A stretch of 64,000 nt of DNA from Anolis carolinensis. Taxonomy: Eukaryota. The number at the start of each line of letters is the position of its first letter. The first letter of the stretch is position 1. The DNA lies in NCBI RefSeq assembly GCF_035594765.1, contig NC_085842.1:146271036-146335035 (forward strand). Direction: 5' to 3'. The notes under the pieces are model-generated. The model made no database searches. It had not been told where the DNA came from and saw nothing but the letters and a program-made list of their open reading frames with translations. The position numbers and the translations under genes are program-made. Positions 12,749 to 24,500 of this stretch are shown here, piece after piece.

Positions 12749-15700
12749 CTTTATTTATATCCCGCCACCATCTCCCAGAGGGACTCGGGGCAGCTCACAA
12801 AACACTCAAGGTGTGATACAAAATACTAAATACAACAAGTTCAGAACAAAACATAGGCAATAAACAGTCAACACAACATCATAAATTCACAGTATGCCCT
12901 GGTAAAAACAATAAAATACAGCAATTGCTGTAGATAAAAGAGCAGCATTCGATCCTAGAATTGTAAAGTGCTAAAAAAAGAGTCAACAGTCCTCATATGT
13001 ATTATAAGACAGTCTAAACATGATCAAAGACTTGTCGGAAAAGCCGGGTCTTTAATGGTGTGCGAAAGGTTTGGAGGGTGGGGCTATCCTGATCTCCCTC
13101 GGGAGGGTATTCCAGAGCCAGGGGCCACAACTGAGAAGGCCCTCTCCCTCGTCCCCACCAACCGCACTTGAGATGGAGGTGTTCGTCCAACCAGGTCTCA
13201 GTGATGCAAGCCAGATTCGCACATTCATCCAGGGTTAAATCCTGGGTGGCAGCTGCTTTACCATTTATGGACCTTGCGTTTAACAGCAGGACTTTAAGCT
13301 CTGTGGGCCTGTCAAGAACAATTACAACCCATATTTTCTGGCCCCAGTCACCTAGAATCATTATCCCAGGATTTCTCTTGTGTTATACCTCCAACCAGTT
13401 CTATACACATGATGGGAACCTATATGTTTCTATCCCACAAACCAGTATTCTTTGCTAGGAACCAAGAATTGAACTCCTCCCCATCACACCTCCCTTCTCT
13501 GACACTGGCTTCTCACTGGCCTCTCACCTTGTTCTATTCTGAGCCCATTCTTGGGTAGCTTCCTCATCAGCATGTCAGGATCAGGGATGTATTCATATTC
13601 CTCCTGAGTCTCTTCACCGCTGACAGACAATGTTCCTAAAGACAGAAGAGGCTTTGCTCAGGTACTTTGGAATCTGCTGAATCCTTTTGGTTGGGTGATC
13701 TTACTATGCAATTCTATCCCTCTAATTCTTATAGAACATTGCTTTCTCAATTATAATGGCTACTCAAATAAAAACATGCCCAAATTTTGGCTATGTACTG
13801 ACACACAAGGATTCTCTCTTCCCCAGTGATGGAAGGTGGCTTCCAAGTCAGTGAGGGTTTTTTTTCCGTGTCAAGAGCGACTTGAGAAACTGCAAGTTGC
13901 TTCTGGTGTGAGAGAATTGGCCATCTGTAACAACATTGCTCAGGGGACACCCGGGACTAAAAGGATATTTCCAAATAGATTCAGCACCTTGAAGCACTTG
14001 TTATAGGCATTAAAATTGGTGTATTGTTCAACTGACAAGGAAGCTGCTGGCCAGCTCTTCTCTCTTTCTGCCTCTTCACGTGTGTATTTGATGAGTATCG
14101 TTTCATGTAGCTACTTGCAAGATAAATTCCATACCACAAATAGCTTTGATATCGTGAAATCGGACCCCCCAAATGATGAATTGTATAAAATTATATAAAA
14201 TGGTAATCGTGGCTCTGCAAAACCCTTTTGTGTAAACTGTTGCTGGAATGTTCTCCGGTTGCACTCAAGACCCTTGCCCTTCATTTCCAAAATCATTTTT
14301 ACAATGAACTGAGAGATTGGGGAGGGGGTGGAATTAGTCAATGGATGTATATCAGAGGGCCCTGGTTCCCTTTCCTGCTCCCATTGATGAGATCGGGGCT
14401 ATCTCTGGCTGCCATGCCTTAAGCCAGTTCTATCTATTGAAATGGTCATTATGTCTAAATATCCATTATGTACACTGGACTAACTCTATTGTGCCAACCA
14501 GAGCTAACCCATTAAACTCATAAATGACTCTTTTGCATATTGTCATATCACCTACCATTCGATCACATCCCTTTCAGAGGCAGACCATCCAATGGACTGA
14601 CACCTCAAATGATCAGTTTATTGAATTTCCCGCCACTACAAAGTGCCAACCAGCAAAGACCTCTGATGTAATCTTGAGCCACACAAAACATGGATCCTAG
14701 CTGGAAAGATTTCAACCAATTAGGAGCTGGCACAGGTTTCTTGAAAAGTGGTTAAATGTAATAAAAATACCCTGTATTGACAGTTGCAGCATGTCAGTCA
14801 ATTGCAGTATGTCAGTACCTCTGATGTCCCATCTGTCCAGTGAGAATGCACTCTTTTTTGCCTTCTAACCCATCTTTGTTTAATTTGGACTGGAATAGTT
14901 GGACATGCCAGGCTTCAAAACCTGTAATAGCAGAAATCACTTAACATCTTCTCAAAGGCTGACAGAGTTAGGAATCTGGTAGGAAGCATATGTAGCATCT
15001 AATTTAAAATATAGTAGGACATTCCTATTTTTGTGTGGGGAAAAGTGACAGCCCTGGCCAGTGGACCTAATCCAACACGCCATGTGTGCATCCACACAGA
15101 GATTTCTATTGTTATCTGTTGTCAGTTACCATACCTAACAAACTATTCAAATAGTGGATGTCTCACAGTAAAATGAGATGTGATTTCTGACCTTTCAAGG
15201 TTTTGCACTCCTGCTTTTCAGTTATTGCTCCAGAAGAAACTGGTCAGCTTTAGATCTGGCCTCACTTGCTTCAATTTGGCCTGCTTCATATTTTTAGCTC
15301 TGCACACAACATCCTTTCCAAGTTAGAACTGAACCTGAGAAAGGTCTGTCCCTCCAGGTCAAGAGGCTGCTATGTTGGGTAACTGGCCTGCATAACTGGG
15401 TAAACGAATGCACTCTTCTCAGAAAAATTTGGAGAAGCCACTTAAAATATAAGGCTGGGCTTATAAATAGGGAAGACTGAAGCCTTCCATTACTCTACTT
15501 TACTAGTAAGTTACCACTTGAATCTGCCAGATATCCTATGAGAAAGATTTCCAAAGTCATTTGAGTAAAGAATATGCTTTGAGAAGCACACCCTGTGAAC
15601 ATGTCAGCACGAGCAACAGCACTGATAAAATGTGATTTCATCTTGTGACACCAACAGCATAATCTGGGGTGGAAAGACATAGGACTGCAATTAGGAAAAT

Positions 15701-15917
15701 GAAGCTAATACCAAGTACAATGCCTACACTGTCCAAGACATTGAATTTCGGTAGAGCTAAAGCAACTCTTTGGAAAATCCCCTTTCTTTCCCTCTCCGTG
15801 ACCCTCTATTTTATGTTTACCTGTTTTTCTGAGTTCTGAGCAAGCCTCTGAGGTGTGGGACAATTCTTCCAAATTTTTTCCCCTGTGATAGTCTTCATTC
15901 TGGTAGTCATCACCCAT
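4652..15917 (-). CDS. Gene A: type II transmembrane C-type lectin-like receptor lacking sugar-binding motifs (CLEC17A/CD209-family-derived), 6 coding exons, 248 aa
   Basis: Exons 15917-15821, 13635-13528, 12401-12276 (TM), 10731-10586, 6283-6180 and 4817-4652. All introns are GT-AG with phases 1,1,1,0,2, the classic lectin pattern. The 747-nt join is open. CTLD motifs: CPHEW..FQEKCYYY..W..A...C, YWIGY, C..DYMFICEK. Confidence 0.85.
6180..6283 (-). CDS. Gene A exon 5 (CTLD part 2, DFLIYNIPQKGTYWIGYRDTEGKKPGMDGSVSPN)
   Basis: WIG and DGS motifs; strong acceptor and CAG|GTGAGT donor; phase 0-2. Confidence 0.88.
7324..7860 (-). mobile_element. Sauria SINE interrupted by a nested SINE
   Basis: tRNA head at 7860, central aacctagcagttcgaaa domain, BovB-like tail ending in (acctt)-type repeats. 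Confidence 0.9.
7448..7660 (+). mobile_element. Anolis SINE2-like copy nested inside the Sauria SINE
   Basis: Closely similar to 351-578. Confidence 0.88.
8093..9034 (+). mobile_element. Putative solo ERV-type LTR
   Basis: Starts TGAAA, ends TTTCA; CCAAT (8759), TATAAAA (8801) and ATTAAA (8888) occur in LTR order. No TSD found. Confidence 0.45.
9751..9783. repeat. (TG)n microsatellite
   Basis: Read directly. Confidence 0.95.
10063..10385. mobile_element. Tc1/mariner (Tigger-type) MITE
   Basis: TIR CAGT(C/A)GAGT(C/T)TCACTTATCCAACAT with TA TSD. Confidence 0.9.
10586..10731 (-). CDS. Gene A exon 4 (CTLD part 1, CFPSCPHEWIMFQEKCYYY...GSEEEQ)
   Basis: Canonical CTLD N-terminal motifs; CAG|GTGAGC donor; phase 1-0. 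Confidence 0.92.
11043..11464. mobile_element. hAT non-autonomous element (OposCharlie1/Charlie-type TIR)
   Basis: TIR CAGGGGTCCCCAAACT / AGTTTGGGGACCCCTG; perfect 8-bp TSD CTCTAAAG. Confidence 0.93.
11473..11666 (+). mobile_element. Degenerate 5S rRNA-derived SINE with RTE-type tail
   Basis: gtctgatcttagaagctaagcagg..ctggctagtatttggatgg..gctgtaggc resembles 5S boxes A/C. A second degenerate copy lies on minus at about 51750-51895. Confidence 0.7.
12276..12401 (-). CDS. Gene A exon 3 (transmembrane, ...PINFAYGLAFLSLIMAIAALILAFNR)
   Basis: ttctttatttacAG acceptor, GTAAGT donor, 126 nt, hydrophobic helix. Confidence 0.85.
12693..13340 (-). mobile_element. Internally deleted L2 LINE (endonuclease start fused to the 3' end)
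   Basis: LLLNARSINGK...ACITETWLDE (APE motifs) joins near 13181 to the L2 ORF2 end, 3' UTR and (tta)n tail. Confidence 0.75.
13528..13635 (-). CDS. Gene A exon 2 (cytoplasmic, GTLSVSGEETQEEYEYIPDPDMLMRKLPKNGLRIEQ)
   Basis: ctcttctgtctttAG acceptor, AAG|GTGAGA donor, 108 nt, phase 1-1, open. Confidence 0.75.
14155..14917 (+). mobile_element. Putative solo LTR related to 8093-9034
   Basis: Starts TGAAATCGGACCCCCCAAA; shares CATGGATCCTAGCT...CCAATYAGGAG with the first copy. No TSD found. Confidence 0.4.
15821..15917 (-). CDS. Gene A exon 1 (cytoplasmic, MGDDYQNEDYHRGKNLEELSHTSEACSELRKT)
   Basis: ATG at 15917; donor CAG|GTAAAC; phase 1 fits exon 2. Confidence 0.7.
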
Positions 15918-16839
15918 GGTGAGGAAAGGCTGCATCAACAGTAATCTTCAGGGCAGATTCTCCCTACGAAACGGATACTGGTGATATCTCTAAAATCATT
16001 ATCAGCTTCTGTCTAACAAGCCACACAGGAAAGTCAGTCACATGCACTACCCTTTATGCCTTGCTAGTTTTTTCATGTCAGGAGTGACTTGAGAAACTGC
16101 AAGTCCCTTCTGGTGTGAGAGAACTGGCCGTCTGCAAGGATGTTACCCAGGGGATGCCCAGATGCTTTGCTACTTGGGAGAAGGGAAAGAAGAAGGGCAA
16201 CATCTTATTTATAGGGTCAAAACTACAAGAAAGCAGCCCTTTCAAAGTTAAGTTAATGTTTTCCTCTTTCCGTGCTACTACTACAATTTGGTTTCTCCTC
16301 CTTCTTTTGCTGGCTATTTTTTAAATTAGCTAGATAGGAGAGAATGATATGGCAAATATGTTTAGGCCGGCCTTGAGATGGATCTCTCTTGTAATAAAGC
16401 ACATTAAAGCTTTGTCATTAACTGCAGGTCTCCTCCTGGTTCTCTCTATGCTTTCTGTCATTTTTAGAACAATGCAGCTTATAGATTTGTACCATGTGGG
16501 CAGATCAATGATCTGCAAGACATCTTTGAAAAAACAGTCCTATGTTATTGGTTATTGGTTATTAATACCTTTGATCACTCGGTCAGACATGGACTGAGCC
16601 AATCAGGTCCCTGTACTTTGTTGGCCTAGCAAAATAGATGCTGGTGTGTATGCAGCATCCTGCAGTTGCATTATCTCTTGTATTGCACAACACTAAACTC
16701 TTCATTAAGTTGGATGTGAAAGAAAGAAAGATGCATTTTTGTTTCCAGTTAAATGTTCTAGGGACAGAATTAACAAATCCACTGAGAAAATCAAAGTTGT
16801 GTTGAATTATTTTTACACTGGCATAGTAACCCAAGAGGG

Positions 16840-17165
16840 TCATTGAACCATATAAGCATTGAGTTGGAACAGTCCCCAAGGGCCATCCAGTCCAACCTCA
16901 TTCTGCTCTGAAGGAAAAAAACAAAGCCCGATCATCATAGGCCATCCAGCCTCTGCTTAAAACCTCCAGAGAAGAAGACTCCCCCACACTCCAAGGCAGC
17001 AGATTCACTGTCAAACAGCTCTTACCATCAGGGGGTTATTCCTACAATGTAGGTGGAAATTTGAATATATCACTCTATGTCTCAAGCCTCTGGAACAGCA
17101 GAAAACAAGCTGGTTTCCTTTTCATCCTTTAAAATATGGTTAGCATGTCCTCTCTTAACCTTCTC
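16840..17165 (-). mobile_element. Degenerate CR1 LINE 3' fragment
   Basis: gagttgga..ggccatccagtccaacc..gccatccagcctctgcttaaaacctcc is the reverse complement of a CR1 3' end. Confidence 0.75.
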
Positions 17166-18435
17166 CAAGAATACTGTGGTGGCTATATTTAATCAATCTG
17201 TGTATCTGTCCCCTTCAGCTGTTCACTTTCTGTGTGAATGCTCTTTTTATTTCAAAATAACAGCAATCTAGATAATAAATTTTTCATTTGCTTAGGCATC
17301 TTAAACTATTCAGTTTGTTATTTTGCCCTGACTTTTGTTTGTAGTGTTTATTATTCTATTTTATTGTTTTTATTGCATATCCATTGTTCGCTATCCTTGT
17401 ATTTTCTGATAAAGCCTGCTATTTAAAATGAAAAATGGAATGAATAAGTAGACTCCACATAAAGAAAGCTTTAAAAATACATTTAATGACATACATACCA
17501 TAGTATAACATGTGTTATGGATGAAAAGTATATTAAATATTTTTTTAATGCTTGAAAATTGGAAGTCAGGTATTTTGTTCCTGTCATTTTACTTTTTAGA
17601 TCTTTATTTGTATGGATGGTCTAGTTTACTTTAGTTTAGTTAGTGCAGTTGTTATATATATATATACAGTTTTTGTTCACAATTACTCATCAAAAACATC
17701 ACTGGTGGATATGTAGGGACGTCCACAGATCTGTGCCATCCAGCCTGGAGACCATGTTGATCAATATAGCGTTATCTTGCCTTTGGTAGTAAGAAAGTAC
17801 TTGAGATCATTTGCATCTTCTTTGACTTCACCCCTCTAGGTCACCCAGGAAAAACAAAGAGGGGGATTTGTGTCCCTCTGGGAGCGTTGTGCAACTCACT
17901 GTATGCAGAGGGTGGGAGCATAATGCTGTCGGCCTTCAGGCAATGTTCTGGGCCTTTTTGAATACCTGGACCTTTTTGGTTGCCGTGGCCAGGAACAGCT
18001 GGCTACCCTAAAGTGGCACTGGTCATTTCCTCTCTCTGTGGAGTGGGTCATCTCAATATGCAACATTTTGGCTCAAGACCCATCCTCAACATAAATGGGA
18101 TTGACTAATACACAAGCGTACACAGTTGATTGTGAACCAGCTTAATCTCACTGGAAAATCAGGAAAAAGAGATTCTGGGACTTAAACTGACTTCTTTGAA
18201 TTTACCTCCAGCTCAAGGAATGGAGGAATATCAAATAGAAAAGAGCTGTAATCAAATCGTATCTTTCTTCTGAGACACTGATGCTCCATTGCTCCAGTTT
18301 AATCACAGATTTCAAAGTTATGGTTAAAATGTTTCATCCAGATGAAGGCCCATGTTTGCATTACTGACAGTCTATGACAACAAAGTCCCAAGCTGAGTCA
18401 AGCTGGCTCCAGTTGTGTTCTTGCTGGCCACAGAA

Positions 18436-18574
18436 TTAGCATTTCCAGGCCTTTTCACAAATCCAGCCATCAGCATTGCTTCCACACTCACGATCATCCC
18501 ACCTGCCCGAAGTGGTCATCACGACACAATCCTGCCCATGGCCATAGTTGTTGGGCTGCCGTGGATTCCAATAG
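18436..18574 (-). CDS. Gene B exon 9 (CTLD part 3, YWNPRQPNNYGHGQDCVVMTTSGRWDDRECGSNADGWICEKAWKC-stop)
   Basis: Terminal CTLD motifs; TAA at 18438-18436. Confidence 0.93.
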
Positions 18575-21500
18575 CTGCAGATGGAAATTCAGGAAATGAA
18601 TGCACGGTAGTCAATGAAGCATAGTAGGATAGGTTTTGTTTGCACAGTTGACTATAGGAGTACAGAAATGTGACCTCTATGTTGTATGTAGCCCTCAAGG
18701 CCATTTCTGAGGTTGTAAAACTACCTGTCACTTGCTCCCCAGATATTTTTGATGAACAACACTAAAAATGACCTCATAACTCTGAAGGGGCTTGGGAAGC
18801 AAATTATCAAATTCAAGAGAGAAGTCCTTCAAATTAGGAACTGAACCAGAAGAAATGGACATGTCCAGTTTTGATTTTTTTTTTAAGGTAACAAATTCAC
18901 CCTAGAAATGTCCACCAAGATGATGGGAGATACCATGTAAAACAGTGGTTCTCAACCTGTGTTTTGACCTAATCTATGTGTGTTTCAAAATCAGTGAATA
19001 AATCAATGATTCCCTTCGGGTGAGAAGGGTGGGATATAAATGTTGTAAATAAATAAATAAATAAATAAATTAGCAATGGGGACTTTAAAAAGTGGAATAT
19101 TTAAGATGTTACAAAAATGAATGCAAACCATTTTTAAAATAAAGAATTCCAAATGAGTATAACTCTAAATGGAATTTATGTCATAGTGATATGAAAATAA
19201 GCAAGACTCCCTCATGTGCATGATTAGACTAATATTCATGTACCTCCTGATAAAAATGAGGAGAGATCTTTTTGTCAGAAGAGGGCAAATTTTTCTCTTT
19301 TTTTCTTGAAGCACATTGCATTTAAAATGTGAAAATGAAAAACATATACATGGGTGCACCTCTTGCACCTCAATTTTACACTGCAGCTAAGATCTCTCAA
19401 GAGGTTGAAGTACATTTAGAGTACAGCTCTATCATATTAAGAGAACCAGAGAGAGAGGGGGGGGGGGGAGAGAATAAATGAGGAGCATTTATCAGCCTGC
19501 CAGATCACTAACCTCTATCATTTCATCTGAGCTTCAGAAAAATAGAAGCTACAAAACATAAATGGTTAATCTTGCTGCACTTTAACCTGGGATAAATCTA
19601 CAGACCAGCTGAAAGTGATATATTGTTTATTTTATCTCTTAGTTATATCTTCTTTTTGAAACCTAAGTATTCTTCATAATTCTTCAACAATATGGGTTCT
19701 CTGCCTGAGGGTTTTGTTTTCAATTTGAAAGGGTTTTTACTTTTAAAAGGATAGAAGAACAGACTGCATGTAACTAGACTTACGTATATGATGCTGGACT
19801 GCGGTCCACCCATACAAATGTATTCTCTGTATTTATATCACTGAGACCAATCCACAAGACATTATTTTTTGAGTGAGATGTGAGAAAGCGCTGAAACAGA
19901 AACCATATTTAATTATTTGAGCTGGACAGATAACTAAATAACCTTTTATGACTAGCACCGTGTCATCTTAGACTCAGTGCCAGGCACACAATTGCATACT
20001 CACAAGTTCTATTCATCCAGGTAAGAGGCATGTTTACAATCCCTGGCAGCTCTCACTGAAAGTATTCAAATGTCAGTTATAAGGACTTGGTGAACCTAAG
20101 ACATGACTTTGAATAGAACAGTTCTAGTCCATGTGATAGACAAAATTGTGGGGGATGAATTCATCAAAAGTTATTAGATAAACATACACTATCTATGTTC
20201 AGAAGCAAGATACATTTTTCAAAATGTATTTATTTAGAGTATTTATACCCTGTTCTTTAGCCAAAAAGGCTTGTAGGACAGTTTACAAATCATTAAATTT
20301 GTCAAATTCAAAATGTAAATGAGACACAACACACAAGGAAAATAGGGTGGCAGTGCAGGAAGGGATTAAGACCAGCAATTGCTGATTGCTTTTCTTTCAA
20401 ATCAGGGCAGTTCAAGGCAGCCCTTTAACCTGGGAGCAACAGGGTTTGTTAAATGTGAATGCCCCCGAGTCACAGTCCACCCCCACTTCTCCTACATGCC
20501 AGGAGAGCTCTAGCAGCAGTCTAATGGCAGCCAGGTCAATTATTTTATTTTTTAAAAAGATTTTAAAAGGGGTTTTGGGAGGAGCTGGGGGCTATCTCAG
20601 ATTTGTTGGGCTCAAGCAGCCCCAGAAACCCAAGACAGATATGTAGATGAGCACTGGAAGTTACATGGCACAATCCTCGGTCCCATCTACACAGCGCCTG
20701 CAGCTGCAAAGTCCTAAGTCTACTGAAAGATCGACGTATTTCCAGCAGACAAATTAATTCAGCACAAAGCAGGGTTTTTCTGATTTGTGTCGAAAACATT
20801 TGTTTTTCCCTGAAGCATCATTTGGACGCCCCAAGGGAAAATGCAGGAGGGTGTGCATTATATGTGATGTCCGGATGCGCCCTCAGAAAGTAAAGCAATG
20901 GCAATTGCAACATGGAAGGAAAGCTTCTTGTCAATGGAGCAGTGCCTGGTTACTCTTGTCCTCCTCAGAGGCCACAGCAGCAGCAGCAGGTGGAGCTCAG
21001 TTTATGAACTAAGGCCGGATCTACACTGCCCTATATCCCAGGATCTCATCTCATATTGTCTGTTTATTCCAGATTATCTGATAGTATAGACTCATAAAAT
21101 GCAGTTCAATGCAGTTACACTGCATTATGAAATTGTATTATATGGACAGTGTAGATGGGGCCTGCGTTGTAGCTGGCATTGTCCTTTTATGACCATCAGT
21201 GACCCAATGTGAGTTTGAAGAGTTTAATCAACAACTGGTTGTTTCTTCAAATACAAGAAAAGATGGCTGAAAAAGATGGTTGACATTACCAACAATATTC
21301 ACCACTTACCTGATAGTTTTGTACACAACCACCTCAACAAAAAATCAGTATTCTTCAAATGCTGGATGTAGTTCTGAGTACCCAAGAATTATAATGTTTT
21401 GCCATGCAAGTGGCACCTTATGGGAAGATATTGTGGACTTGATAAATAGCAGATCATCACGAGGGAGTCATGCCTTACCTGCTCTTCATAATCATCAATG

Positions 21501-24500
21501 ATAACCAAAGAGCTCTCTTGCTCCTCACATAATGTTTTGGCAAGAGACCAGTGGTTCTGCTTTTCTTGGAAATGGTAGCAGTGTCCTCTGTTAAGCAGCC
21601 AGCCCTCTGGACAAACTCGGCAGGCTGAGTCTACAAAGGAATTGCAGCGATGTTAAAGTCACAGACAAATTCCAGAGCAATTCATTAGCAGGAATGCAGA
21701 TCAAATGAGAAATGATTCCGTCCATAACCTACCTTTGTGTTTGCATTTCTAATATCTGTAACAAGCCCTGACTTGATTCACTGAAAAGGCAGCTAAATCC
21801 AAGATTTCATATATGTTACAGTACTTTTTAAAAGCATATGTACTGTTTATCTCATTGGCACTGACTGGCCTCTTTGCATGGTCAGAGCTTCTGATTTTAA
21901 GTTTTTAGTTACTCAAGAAGCTGAAAACATCTCTTAGAGGCAAACACTCAGAATGATTTTACTTTAACTGTTGCCGAGAGTATTCCACCAGCCTCATAGT
22001 GCAATGCTCAAACCACAACACCCTGCTGGCTCACTACACCACACTGGTGAATTTGTACCCACCCCATTAATTTGGATAGTGACCAGTCAGAGAAAGCTCT
22101 ATACAGGCGGTCCCCAGGTTAATAACAAGATAGGGTCTGAGGGTTTATTCTTAAGTTCTCTGTAAGTTGGAACTATTTTTAAAGTGTAACCCCAGCTAAT
22201 TTTATTTTAGTTTTGTATGACACAGGGAAGGGTTAACACCCTTATATTGTTTGTTTTGCTGCCTGTGTCCCGTTCAGAAGATTTCACCTCACTTTCTGTC
22301 CCTGTAACAATTGGATTTTGAAAATGTTGGGTTCTCGTGGAAACAAAGATTGGTGATAAAGCTTTACTGGAGAAACTTTTCCACATAATAACTCTTTCAG
22401 GAGTGAATTTCTCTTCCTATGAGATGATTTCCTCTCTGTTCCTGTTGTCTCACTGCCCATTTGTAACTAGGAGTTTGTAAGTCGGATATTTGTAATTCAA
22501 GGACTGCCTGTATTGACATATATTAGTGTGACACAAAATCGTGAGGAAAAAATATTTCATGAACTACATTATGCTTCCAATGTGCATTTTGGTGACATGC
22601 ATATAGCAAAATTATAGATGACCACCTGAAAGAATTCATATTACTAGACTTGAAAATCAGCTGTCTGGTTCTGACTCACAAGGTCAGGTTTCCCATAACT
22701 GCTTTTTAGTCACCTCCTATTGAGTTTCTAAAGTGCAGTTCTAAATATCATAGGCATGAGAACTCTGTAATGGCATGCTATGGGTTAAAGAACAAAGGAA
22801 AAGTAGGATTGCTGCCAATAAAATCTCACATCTTACCATTCATCTTATGTAGCGCTTCCAGCAGCTTAAAAGTATCTTCCTGGATCCTTTCTTCTGCAGC
22901 ATCTAAATTAGCCAGATGTTTGCTCACTAGTAATAAAACATTAAGGGAAATAGTTTAATGGAATATGAACTTGACCTTATACAGAGTTGAATCAGTAATG
23001 ACCTTGTGACCCGCTACAAACAGCTCTATCTCCAGGGATAACCAATCCTGCAACTGCCTACCAAAAATATTTTTAAATTTCAAAACAACGTACCCTCCTT
23101 TCCCCTTGTTTCTTGCTGACTCTCCAGCTTCTTCAGCTCTTCAGTTAGCCTTGATCCTGGAAGAAAATTACAGATCACAGCAAAGATATGGGTGAATCCA
23201 CTATACTTTCCTGATCAAGAAGTGGCCCAAAGGCCACTATTGGATTAGCATCCTTGCAGTGAAGAAGCACTAAGAAATTACAAAGATTTTCTAATAATCC
23301 TAGATGCTGACCTACAAACTATCCATACTGCAGAATTATAGTAGTTTGACAGCACATTACCTGCCATGGCTCCATCCTCTGGAATCCTGGAATTGTATTT
23401 TGTTTGGGAGTGTTCTTTGATAAAGAAAGGTAAAAATGTCACAAAACTACAAATCCCAGAATTTTATATCATTGAACCATGGCAGTCAACGTGGTGTCAA
23501 ACTGCTACACAAGGCTAAAATCAGCTGCATTCGCCGGTTCATTCCAGGTCACCCACGGAGCCTGACAGCATGGCTCCATGGGCTCCTGTGTTGCCACGGG
23601 AATCCATGGGGGAAAGCATGCTCCACATGCGCTCCACATGTCCTCCATCTGACTGCCCTCAGCTGGAACTGGGCAATGTGAGGCACAAGATTCCCCATGC
23701 CCCTCCACAAAGCAGAACACCTCCGGTGGCCATATGACAAGGTCATATTTCTTAGTAATATCAAGAGTAGGCCCACAATCATGTTTACTGACCCTCCCAT
23801 TGATGTTAATGAGTCTCCCCTAGTTATCCAACTCATTGTTATTACTTGCAATCATAAAAAGCAGAAAATAATGGAAATAAATAGGCAAGCAGCTTCAGGC
23901 TTCCCAAAGCAACAGCACTGATACTTTCATCCCAAGTTCAAAACTGCCAGCAGTCTACTCTTTACTGAATGCAGAGCACTGGTCTCACATCCACTCTCTC
24001 CCAAAATACAATTTCATTTTCCACTCTACAAAAGCATGCTGAGATAATACAGTACAGATAATACATGGGGGATACGTTCTTAAACCTACAATAGAAGCAG
24101 AAAAGCGAGGATAATAGCAAACCCTATTGCAATGTATGTCTTCTGCTAGAATGTATCATAGAATCTCACTGCAGGACCGAAAAAATTGCTAGAGAGGTAT
24201 CCTCTCTCAGAATTTGCTAGTGTGACTCTATGGTAACTTCTGGCAGAAGCACAGCATAGAATGGTGTGTAGGACCTAGGCAATTCCTATAAAGGACGTAT
24301 TTTGTCAGATGTGGATAGGTCTTATGGATATCGGAGTCGTATTATAGTCACTCTCTCTGAGTAAATGTTTTTTTCACTTGTTTATTCATTGCTGACTTGT
24401 TTATAAATAGTCTTTCCCCAAAACCAATACTCAGTGCCTCGTTACTGTGCTAATTCTAGGAACATATGTCCTCCCTTTAATCAGGTTCCCTTTTCCACAA

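Noticed and set aside
23792-23846. Candidate additional neck exon of gene B
   Set aside because: Phase mismatch at the donor, weak splice sites and no heptad pattern.
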